Shown here piece after piece: positions 43,911-52,469 of a DNA stretch of 55,923 nucleotides; the stretch's first letter is position 1; the number at the start of each line of letters is the position of its first letter. The notes under the pieces are model-generated. The model saw nothing but the letters and a program-made list of their open reading frames with translations, had not been told where the DNA came from and did no database searches. The position numbers were made by a program, and so were the translations under genes. The stretch spans positions 1 to 55,923 of IMG/VR virus record IMGVR_UViG_3300033291_000001; one strand, 5' to 3'. Source of the DNA: a virus (lineage: Duplodnaviria; Caudoviricetes).

Positions 43911-44636
43911 CTAAACTATAAATGCTGAATACCCTTTACCTTTTAATTCCGTCATAAGTTTGTCAGCATTAGCCTTTTCTTTAAACGCGCCAACTTGCAC
44001 ATGGTATAACTTTCCACTGTTTACGTTTTGAACTGGAATATAATTTATTCCAAAATACTTACATACTCCTTGACAGTGCTCTTCCGCAACTTCTTTTTGA
44101 AATGCAACGTTGGTCATCAACGCAGCTTCGAAACGATTGCTCATAAATCCATTTTCACTAAGTACGGCCTCCATTTTTGTTTCACGCAGAACGTGAAAGT
44201 CAGCCGTCAACACGCCTCTATCTTTTTGTTTAGTGCCTTGTATTAAACAGTCATGCACGCATCTTGCCAACCTATCGCTTGTGCCTGGATAATGATAAAC
44301 GCTCAATCCGGATACGTCATCATTCCAGTTGTCAGATATTGCATCGTAGTGTATGCTTATAAAAATTATACGCTTAAGATCTGCATCGTTTTTAATTAAA
44401 CTATTAGCCGAATTTGTCCTATCTTGCAAACTATTGTCAGTTCTATCAGGGGACACGTCGTAACATCCGATTCCATGTCGCTTCAATGCATCAAACATGT
44501 AGTATTTAACCGGACTGTTAAATTCATTTTCCTTGAGCCCACTCGGTGTGCGCTTTCCGCTTGACTCGAGCCCATGTCCATCGTCCCCACAAACTATATA
44601 CTTTGTATTGTAATTTCCGCTATAAAAACACCCCAT
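43911..44636 (-). CDS. Endolysin: N-acetylmuramoyl-L-alanine amidase (Amidase_3) + SPOR domain
   Basis: DDGHG, FISIH, VLRETKMEAVLSENGFM; YHVQVGAFKEKANA. Confidence 0.92.
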   Translation of the reverse strand: MGCFYSGNYNTKYIVCGDDGHGLESSGKRTPSGLKENEFNSPVKYYMFDALKRHGIGCYDVSPDRTDNSLQDRTNSANSLIKNDADLKRIIFISIHYDAISDNWNDDVSGLSVYHYPGTSDRLARCVHDCLIQGTKQKDRGVLTADFHVLRETKMEAVLSENGFMSNRFEAALMTNVAFQKEVAEEHCQGVCKYFGINYIPVQNVNSGKLYHVQVGAFKEKANADKLMTELKGKGYSAFIV

Positions 44637-44772
44637 GCATATCACTCCTAAATTTTTAATATATTATATCATAAAATAATTTGATTAAATTGCATTTAAA
44701 GCATTGACTTTTAATGCAAAAAGTAGTATTATATAAATATAGTAAATATTAAATTTTTTTGGAGGCGATAGC

Positions 44773-45264
44773 ATGAAATCAACAATAATGAAGGAAGCGC
44801 ACATTTTAGCAAGAAAGTCAATGATGGCTGGAAATAACTATATCGTAAATTTAAGCGAAGGCTTAAAGCTAGCACACGCAAACAATAAAATATACACAGT
44901 TAACTTTAAAACTGCAAGAGGCGCAGACATCAAAATTGAATACAGGAAAGAAATATATTACATAGATACAATTTTAGGACAAAACATAGTTGAGTATAAA
45001 GACAACGTAAAACTTGTTGCTCTATATGTAAATGGTAAAAAATATACAAATATATTTAATACTAAAATCAAAGGCATTGAATGTATACAATTTGGTAAAC
45101 AGGGCAACCAGCCACTTGTTGTAGACATAACAAAAGCTTACAGCGAAATTTATGGCGAATATAACGCAAAGATTGAAAAAGCTGTAAAGAAAGAAATTGA
45201 AGCAATGGAAAAGTATGAAGCAAGTAAATCAAAAGTATACGCGGCTATGAACTGCGATTACTAA
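44773..45264 (+). CDS. Hypothetical early protein
   Basis: TTGACT-17-TATTAT promoter at 44704; IMKEAH...LKLAH N-terminus. Confidence 0.65.
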   Translation: MKSTIMKEAHILARKSMMAGNNYIVNLSEGLKLAHANNKIYTVNFKTARGADIKIEYRKEIYYIDTILGQNIVEYKDNVKLVALYVNGKKYTNIFNTKIKGIECIQFGKQGNQPLVVDITKAYSEIYGEYNAKIEKAVKKEIEAMEKYEASKSKVYAAMNCDY

Positions 45265-45287
45265 AATAAAAAAAAGGAGATGGCAAA

Positions 45288-45620
45288 ATGAGCAACAAGT
45301 ATCAAGTAAGTGTGTACGGTGATGACGACAAGGTAATAGCAAGAGTGCAGTATAACTCAATTTTAGATTTTTGGGATGGCCACAATTGGACATGTGGAAG
45401 CGGCGCAGGCCATCACAAAGGTATAACAAAATTAAAAGACGGTCGATATGTGATAATCAACGGCACCGACTGGCAAGGAGAAAGAGATAAGGCGCATGTA
45501 ATCAGCAAAGAACAAGCGTTGCAAGAAATATTAAAAAGCAATCACGTTGAGTTGCTGAAAACCAAGAAGTTTAAAGAGCTTAAAGAGCTTTACAAAACCA
45601 CGAATCAAGAAGAGTTGTAA
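45288..45620 (+). CDS. Hypothetical protein
   Basis: AGGAG RBS; LDFWDGHNWTCG..HKGITKL. Confidence 0.65.
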   Translation: MSNKYQVSVYGDDDKVIARVQYNSILDFWDGHNWTCGSGAGHHKGITKLKDGRYVIINGTDWQGERDKAHVISKEQALQEILKSNHVELLKTKKFKELKELYKTTNQEEL

Positions 45621-45627
45621 AAACATT

Positions 45628-45660
45628 AAAATAAGGCACGTATTAAAAGTGCCTTATTTT
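45628..45660. terminator. Bidirectional intrinsic terminator
   Basis: AAAATAAGGCAC-9nt-GTGCCTTATTTT. Confidence 0.8.
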
Positions 45661-45782
45661 GCTAACTACAAATCCGCAAAATGCTACAAAAAACAAAAAT
45701 GCGATATACATCTCAAGCAATGTCTTTTTGCAATACACGTAAAACATTATATATATACTACATATTATCGTAATAAATATTA

Positions 45783-47519
45783 TTACCATAATTTTGTTAT
45801 CTTTACGTAAGATCCACCTTTTAGCGTTATAGCATTGCCATTACTTGTGTTTTGTGCCCATTGCAATTTACATGTGCCTGTTATGTTTCCAACGTTTACA
45901 ATGTGTTTTTCAATTATAGCTGTACTCCATGATGCGCCTTGCACGCCATATACAAAAGGTGTTGTAGGATATACACCCAGCGGCAACGCGGATATATTTG
46001 TACTCGCCGATGCCTGAGACGATGTCGAATCTACACCCCCACCTATGCCAGCTCGTATACTGCTTATATTGCCTAATTTCCAACTGCTTCCGCCGCCTAA
46101 TACCCACAATGTCTTTATGTCGGGAGTCGCCGACCCCGAAGTTGCGTATAGTACCGCCTCGATTTCATATACTCCATTTCGTTCCAACGTAAAATTAAAC
46201 TCATTGTCGTCCTGCAAAGCCGTGCTACTCGTTACACTTTCGTCTGCCTGCTTAAAAATTAAACGCGGATATCGTTGTATCTCTTGTATATTAGATTGCG
46301 TATGAGTTATTTTTAAGTCAGCCAAAAAACCATAATTGGTCGCAGTTTCGCGCGCCATCAAATAAAAATATCCAGCATTTGTAATTATGGTTTCACTTTC
46401 CAAGGCAATCGTTGGTTGATTGCCAAATCTAAATATAACCCTTGCCTGTGTTCCATTTTTTTCAAATTTTATGTTAACTTTTGTACCTTTTGTCAGTGTG
46501 CTTGCCAATGCCTGTGATTCCGTTGTCGTTCCTGTTGACTCCTCCAGCACCATATATGCCGTGCCTGAGCTTATATATACTTCAATGTAATTGCTTGCAT
46601 CATAATACCATCTTATTTTTGATATTTCGCCCTGCTGTGTGCAATACCAAGTCGAATCACAAATAAAATTTAAATAGGTTTTGTATAGTCGCAATGATAT
46701 ATCGCTATCTATTCCAAAGTTATCCACAACTGATATTCCCGAACATCCAAATTTAGGATCGAAATATAGCTTTGTAAGCTCATATGGAGATAGGTAATCA
46801 TTTACCCATGTATCCGCGTTTTTGATTGCAAAACATCCGCACCATCCGGAACCGTCTGGATCGTCTCGATACATTCCTAAAAAATCGAAGGTTATATATG
46901 CGTTTTGCGACGATGCATAGGAGTACCATTCACATCGTATGTAAGTTATGCTTGACCATGCTGGCGGCGTGCCTGACTCCGAAAATGCCGACTTGTGCAC
47001 AGCCACCGAATTCCAGCCGGTCGCAAGTCCGGACAGTACATAATAATAATTGTCGCTATTATCAGTGCCTAGCTTAAATTGACACGCTTGAACTTTTGCT
47101 ATGTTTGATATATACAACGTCAAATGTATAACATCCGCTGTCGTGGATGCATCAATTCCGTTTTGAAACTTTGTTAAATCAATCGCGGTTATGGTTCTAT
47201 ACATACTTACATAGCCTGCTGTATTGTCAGGCTCTAATACTTTTATGCTTGAATAGCTTGTTTGGTAATTAGATGTATCCGCCGATACTGTAGAATTTTC
47301 GGCTGTCCAATTACTCGCGTCGTCCATCAAGCTTATTTGTTTATAATTTCTAGCTAGCCAATAATCTTTCATATAGTTAAAATCAAATTGCTGACTATAA
47401 GCTAACTCTGTATCAATTGCTGACAACATGTCTTCGTTTTTGTTTAAATTTATTGCATTTATAGCCGGACTTGTGCCATTTACAAAAGTTGTCTTTGAAA
47501 AATCACCAAATTTGCTCAT
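45783..47519 (-). CDS. Receptor-binding/tail fibre protein
   Basis: Last tail gene; TSPAINAINLNK N-terminus, lectin-like beta domains, LQWAQNTS C-terminus. Confidence 0.7.
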   Translation of the reverse strand: MSKFGDFSKTTFVNGTSPAINAINLNKNEDMLSAIDTELAYSQQFDFNYMKDYWLARNYKQISLMDDASNWTAENSTVSADTSNYQTSYSSIKVLEPDNTAGYVSMYRTITAIDLTKFQNGIDASTTADVIHLTLYISNIAKVQACQFKLGTDNSDNYYYVLSGLATGWNSVAVHKSAFSESGTPPAWSSITYIRCEWYSYASSQNAYITFDFLGMYRDDPDGSGWCGCFAIKNADTWVNDYLSPYELTKLYFDPKFGCSGISVVDNFGIDSDISLRLYKTYLNFICDSTWYCTQQGEISKIRWYYDASNYIEVYISSGTAYMVLEESTGTTTESQALASTLTKGTKVNIKFEKNGTQARVIFRFGNQPTIALESETIITNAGYFYLMARETATNYGFLADLKITHTQSNIQEIQRYPRLIFKQADESVTSSTALQDDNEFNFTLERNGVYEIEAVLYATSGSATPDIKTLWVLGGGSSWKLGNISSIRAGIGGGVDSTSSQASASTNISALPLGVYPTTPFVYGVQGASWSTAIIEKHIVNVGNITGTCKLQWAQNTSNGNAITLKGGSYVKITKLW

Positions 47520-47523
47520 TGAT

Positions 47524-48036
47524 TCACCCCCTTGTTAATCTGTCTATTCGCTGTACTACTATTTGTTCCGCATCGATTTTTTCGTAACTCCACAGCGCAT
47601 GACTTAGCAAATTGCCCCAGTCCTTAAATAATCCATCTTCCCAGTCATACGCATATCGACCGCCGTAAATTCCAATCTCTTCAATCTGTCCCGAAAATTC
47701 GTTGTCAGCCATATAAAACTCTGTCGTCAACTCACCCGTATCAGTTATTATTTGCGATGTCATTGGGAATCTGTAAACTTCATTGCCCAATTTTGTATCA
47801 GATGACGCAGGAGTTGTATTGCTATCTCCTATTGCTAATTGTCTTATATCTATACCGTTTTGATATGTACTGCTGTTTAATCCTTTTAGTGCGACTATAA
47901 GACTGTTTAACATGCGATCTGTTAAAATATTTTCAACTTCATCAAATTGTTTCATTTTCTTTGTACCAGGGTCAATGCGATAAAATTTATAAATTCCATT
48001 GTACTTAACTTTTTCAACATGTTTCAAGTTAATCAT
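47524..48036 (-). CDS. Baseplate/tail-tip protein
   Basis: LAIGDS..PASSDTKLGNEVYR, IEEIGIYG motifs. Confidence 0.65.
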   Translation of the reverse strand: MINLKHVEKVKYNGIYKFYRIDPGTKKMKQFDEVENILTDRMLNSLIVALKGLNSSTYQNGIDIRQLAIGDSNTTPASSDTKLGNEVYRFPMTSQIITDTGELTTEFYMADNEFSGQIEEIGIYGGRYAYDWEDGLFKDWGNLLSHALWSYEKIDAEQIVVQRIDRLTRG

Positions 48037-48042
48037 CCTTTA

Positions 48043-51000
48043 TTAGCTATAATTTATGTTCAAATAAGGTATATAAATTCCTTCACTGCTACTGTATTCG
48101 CCATAATAAGTGTCATTATTCGCGCTTGTTATATATATACCTGTATAATCTCCGCCATCCGCTACAGCCTGAACAAGTGTTTTTAAATTAATCGTTTGCC
48201 ATCCGGTGTCAACTTTTGCATTTGCATTGTAGTACTCCGTGCTATCTACAGCAGGCAAAGTATTATACGTTACTGTACTTTCGTCCCATGCTCCCGTTAT
48301 GCGTTTGATAATAAGGTTTATAGGATAGTCCATACTATTTGCATATATTTTAAGCTGTGCCGATCTTATAGTAGTGCCTACGATTGCGCTTAAGTCAAAA
48401 TAAATTAGCGTTGATAACGAATCAGCTGCGCCAGCGTTGTATATTTGCAAGTTTGCTCCGTTGTACACGGTATCCCCAGACGCAGAATTGATAAAAGCAT
48501 CTTGCGTTGCATTAATAGTTGTATTCGTGTAATCGCCCTCAATCAATACCTGTGAATCCATGTATTGACCCGGGTAGAGAGTATCACTAGGATATAATGT
48601 GTCGCTAGGGTGCAATGGTACTGTAGATTCAAAATAGTATTCACTTGTCATTTCGACTTGCTCGCTATCTGTTTGTTTCAAGCTTATTGTTATATTTTCA
48701 TTGTCAACTTCGATATGATCAGGCGTAAACAAATTCTTGAAAAATTCTTCCCATCCGCCAAGACTAGCACCATCCAACGTTTTATAACTGTACTTTATAG
48801 CGTCTAGCCCCATTGGATTCCATGTACAGCTTTCAACTAAATATTCCTCGCTTATATTCCAAGGCGCACCTTTTACAATATACATAGTTTCGCCGACGCT
48901 ATAGTCTTTTTGGTATAGTGTGAAACTAGCCTTGTCGCATTCGTTAGAGTATTTTTGTATCAAATTAGCCGCATATTGCGCCGCGTCTCCATACTCGTAT
49001 AACTTCGCATTTTCCCTAAATTCCGATACTGTAAATCCACGCGTTGTTATTTCAGTATAATTTTGCGATACGACAAAAATTGGAACTAATCCATAATAAC
49101 TAACTCTGATTGCCGATCCATCTGCCAGTACAGTATCGCCATCATCTTGTGATATTTGGTTACTGCCATAATTCCAATAAAACTGTTTGCCTGTATTAAG
49201 CCCTTTAATACCAACGCTTACGCTTCCATACCCTCCGCCTGTGTCAACCTCTACAAAAGGTTCCTGTGCAATTGGATATTTTGTAAAAAATTCGCGAGTT
49301 ACTCCATCGGGCTTTGGTGTCGCTGCCTTTTGTGACTGGTATAAAGTTTTTCGCTTGTTTCCTTTTACGTACAATTTGCTAAAATAGTTGTTTCCATCGC
49401 TAGATATTTCAAATCCTAGCTCATTTGTTAACGTAGTGTTGTTATACGGTTTTTGCGCTCCTGTTAAATCATAAAAATGTAGTTTTTTATCTTTGTCTAC
49501 ATTCCAGACAAAGTTTCCGAAATCCTTCAGGTAGTCAAGTGCTTGATTACCTTTCATAAAATTCAATCTAAACGAATTTACAGTAGTAGGTGCATCAATA
49601 ACTCCCTCAGTTATACCGCTGACCGAAAAGTAACTTGATATTAATTGTTTAACTACGTATTCAATTTTTTGATTAGTGTAGTTATCAAGGATCAAAGGCC
49701 TATCAGTCAATGCGCAATAATCGTCGATTTTTACAGTATACCATAGCGTACCTTTTTCGACCTCTTTCATTGATTTGCTTATTATTACGCCGCCAAATAA
49801 TAAAGTTGTTCCGTTAAACATTTGTATTTCTTTTCCGTACGTGACTGTTGCACCGTTTGGATCTACAATTGTACAATTCATTGTCGATCTAGTATTCATT
49901 TTTTCATCGACTGACCAGCTATTTCTCAAAACCAAGATTCTCGTTTCGCAAAATCCATCTCCATCGTCATCTATAAACCAATTGCGCCTATCTGATAAAA
50001 AATAACGGATCTTATCTCCAGATATCGTAGGTGCTAATGCCGCGCTTGTGCTAACTGCGATTGGTGCAGTTGATACAATTGGCGCAATACTAGGTGTCAA
50101 CGCCGCGCTTGTACTGGTTGATGCACTAACTGCGCTAACTACTTTTGTAGTAGGTGCTAAAGCGTCGCTGGTTGACTCCGCTGTAACTAAATTATATTTA
50201 ACAGGTGCTAAAGCCGCACTTGTGCTAGTTGCTGTTTCAGCCATGCTAACTGACTTTAAAGTAGGTGATAAAGCTTGACTTGTACTAGTTGCAACCTTAG
50301 TGGCAATGCTGGAAGTTGATACAGGTACTAATGCCAAACTCGTACTAGTTGCAATCTCAACCGTTGCATTTGTTAATTTACTAGGGATCAGTGCCGCACT
50401 TGTGCTAGTCGCAATCTCGGCAGTTATAATATTTTGCGACGCTGGTACCAAAGCCGCACTTGTGCTAACTGCAATCTCGGATAAAATAATAGCATTCGCG
50501 CTCGGTGGACTTGCGTCACTTGAGCAAAGCGCAACCTCAGAGATTATTTTTGCGTTTGATGCTGGCACCAAAGCCGCGCTTGTACTAACTGCAACAACTA
50601 ATTGCAATATAGGTTTTAAAGCCGCGCTTGTACTAACTGCAACACTTGTTGTACTGCTACTTGCTTTTATGGTTGGCACTAATGCTGCACTTGATGATGT
50701 AGCAACGCTTGGTGTATTAACCGACTTTGCAGTAGGTGTTAATGCCAAGCTCGTACTTGTTGCAACGCTTGATACACTAACTGATTTTGCAGTTGGTGTT
50801 AATGCCGAACTATCGCTTACTGCGGCATTTGACGTGCTAACTGATTTTATAGTAGGTACTAATGCTTCGCTTGTACTAACTGCGATAAATCCCATAACTG
50901 CCGGCAATGCTTCGCTCGTACTTGTTGCTGTCTCAGCTACAATATTAGCTTTTACAGTAGGTGTCAACGCCGCGCTTGAACTTTCGAACACATTTGCGGC

Positions 51001-51924
51001 TATACTTGATTTTGTAGTAGGCACTAAAGCTTGGCTCGCGCTTGTTGCGGTCTCAACCGCATCAATTGATTTTATAGTTGGAGACAAAGCCGCACTTGAT
51101 GATGTAGCAACGCTTAATGCAATATTAGCTTTTATGCTAGGCACTGATGCAGTGCTTGTACTAGTTGCTAAATTTGCAATATTTGATGCTTTTGTAGTAG
51201 GAGCTAAAACCGTGCTTGTATTGGTTGATATTGGTGGTATTCCTGTTTTTTTGTAAGTCGGTGCTAGTGCTGCACTTGCCGAAGTTGCCAAAGCCGCTAC
51301 ATTGTTCGCTTTTATAGTCTGAACCAAAGCCGTACTTGTGCTAGTTGATAAATTTACTGCAATATTAGCTTTTACGCTTGACGTTAACGCCGCGCTGCTA
51401 CTTTCCGCAATGTCCGTAACAGTTGTTGTTACACTGCCGGAACTTGCATCTATTGTTAGATAAGCTTGATGTCCACCTGCGCTATCAGACCATCCAGACC
51501 AATAATAATCTTCGTTTACACTGTACATCCAAATTCCATAATTTGGATTATCAATTAATGCCTGTGCCAGCGTTGTAATATCAAATGACTTGTATCCTTC
51601 TGCAACAGTTTTAGTAGTTTGTCCGTAAACAGTAGCATTTATAGATGGTCTAGTATTGTATGTTACTGTTGCAGGATTCCAACTACTTGTTATCCGCTTA
51701 AACGCAAAAGTCATAGTTGAGTCTTCGATATAATTTGCATAAATATTTAGCGTACAACTATTAACCGTCATACCTACATATGTGGATAGATCAAAGTTAA
51801 AAAGCGTGTATAGACTGTCTGCGGTTCCGCCGTTGTAAAGCTCTTCGCCCTGATCTTCATAATTTGTTGTCGGCAAATCCGAATTTATAAATGTATCGGC
51901 ACTGGTATATACTGTGTCTGCCAT
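48043..51924 (-). CDS. Large tail protein: DNRLRE/CBM96-like domain, 24 x 20-aa repeats, hub-like domain, second DNRLRE-like domain
   Basis: DTFINS..FDLS..KRITSSW...VTYNT at both ends; ATSTSAAL.P repeats; WNVDKDKKLHF hub motif. Confidence 0.75.
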   Translation of the reverse strand: MADTVYTSADTFINSDLPTTNYEDQGEELYNGGTADSLYTLFNFDLSTYVGMTVNSCTLNIYANYIEDSTMTFAFKRITSSWNPATVTYNTRPSINATVYGQTTKTVAEGYKSFDITTLAQALIDNPNYGIWMYSVNEDYYWSGWSDSAGGHQAYLTIDASSGSVTTTVTDIAESSSAALTSSVKANIAVNLSTSTSTALVQTIKANNVAALATSASAALAPTYKKTGIPPISTNTSTVLAPTTKASNIANLATSTSTASVPSIKANIALSVATSSSAALSPTIKSIDAVETATSASQALVPTTKSSIAANVFESSSAALTPTVKANIVAETATSTSEALPAVMGFIAVSTSEALVPTIKSVSTSNAAVSDSSALTPTAKSVSVSSVATSTSLALTPTAKSVNTPSVATSSSAALVPTIKASSSTTSVAVSTSAALKPILQLVVAVSTSAALVPASNAKIISEVALCSSDASPPSANAIILSEIAVSTSAALVPASQNIITAEIATSTSAALIPSKLTNATVEIATSTSLALVPVSTSSIATKVATSTSQALSPTLKSVSMAETATSTSAALAPVKYNLVTAESTSDALAPTTKVVSAVSASTSTSAALTPSIAPIVSTAPIAVSTSAALAPTISGDKIRYFLSDRRNWFIDDDGDGFCETRILVLRNSWSVDEKMNTRSTMNCTIVDPNGATVTYGKEIQMFNGTTLLFGGVIISKSMKEVEKGTLWYTVKIDDYCALTDRPLILDNYTNQKIEYVVKQLISSYFSVSGITEGVIDAPTTVNSFRLNFMKGNQALDYLKDFGNFVWNVDKDKKLHFYDLTGAQKPYNNTTLTNELGFEISSDGNNYFSKLYVKGNKRKTLYQSQKAATPKPDGVTREFFTKYPIAQEPFVEVDTGGGYGSVSVGIKGLNTGKQFYWNYGSNQISQDDGDTVLADGSAIRVSYYGLVPIFVVSQNYTEITTRGFTVSEFRENAKLYEYGDAAQYAANLIQKYSNECDKASFTLYQKDYSVGETMYIVKGAPWNISEEYLVESCTWNPMGLDAIKYSYKTLDGASLGGWEEFFKNLFTPDHIEVDNENITISLKQTDSEQVEMTSEYYFESTVPLHPSDTLYPSDTLYPGQYMDSQVLIEGDYTNTTINATQDAFINSASGDTVYNGANLQIYNAGAADSLSTLIYFDLSAIVGTTIRSAQLKIYANSMDYPINLIIKRITGAWDESTVTYNTLPAVDSTEYYNANAKVDTGWQTINLKTLVQAVADGGDYTGIYITSANNDTYYGEYSSSEGIYIPYLNINYS
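50020..51411 (-). repeat. ~24 degenerate 60-nt coding repeats
   Basis: Counted from translation, consensus VATSTSAALxPTxK. Confidence 0.85.
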
Positions 51925-52009
51925 TATTTTTCACCTCCTTTTTAAAGATTTTCCCTAATAAAGAAAGTAATTGAAGGCATTTCTTTACTAGGGATCATTT
52001 GAATTTTAA

Positions 52010-52450
52010 TTAAGCCGCTGTACTTGTTGCTATGCCACCAGCGTTCCACTCGATCGTGTAATCCGTTCCGGTTGCTCCGACATCTTCGCCAAAATCTACA
52101 TATGCAATTAGCGGATTTGTTGCGGCCGATCCAGGCGTGGAATCATATATAACCGCATATCTAAATGTATTTGTAAACGCCGACCATGTCACGTCATCGC
52201 CGTCTAATTTAATAACGTTCGTGCCTGCTGTATATGTCAAGCTGCAATTTGCTATCGTCTCGCCGCCTGAAGTATATCCTCCTGCTGCTGCAAGTTCATT
52301 TGTTACACTATCAAAAAAATCATCTGCGTCCTGATCTACGCTGTAACTACTTGAGCATAGCGCAACTTTTATTGTATCGTTCTCAAAATCGATCAATCCT
52401 TTAAACGCGTTTAATATTGCTTGACCATACATTTTAGCTGTAATTGCCAT
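52010..52450 (-). CDS. Tail/fibre-associated structural protein
   Basis: DTIKVAL, GGYTSGG, RYAVIYD, PLIAYVDFG; directly after tape measure. Confidence 0.65.
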   Translation of the reverse strand: MAITAKMYGQAILNAFKGLIDFENDTIKVALCSSSYSVDQDADDFFDSVTNELAAAGGYTSGGETIANCSLTYTAGTNVIKLDGDDVTWSAFTNTFRYAVIYDSTPGSAATNPLIAYVDFGEDVGATGTDYTIEWNAGGIATSTAA

Positions 52451-52469
52451 TTAAATCATCTCCTTTAAT

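Noticed and set aside
45661-45745. Short similarities (TAACTACAAA, TTTTGCAATACA) to 33660-33835
   Set aside because: Matches are 10-12 nt in AT-rich DNA with inconsistent orientation; cannot exclude chance
45783-47519. Diversity-generating retroelement target
   Set aside because: No reverse transcriptase and no TR/VR pair seen
50300-51256. 318-aa plus-strand ORF (also 50048-50278)
   Set aside because: Antisense shadow of the Ala/Ser/Thr repeat region; no RBS
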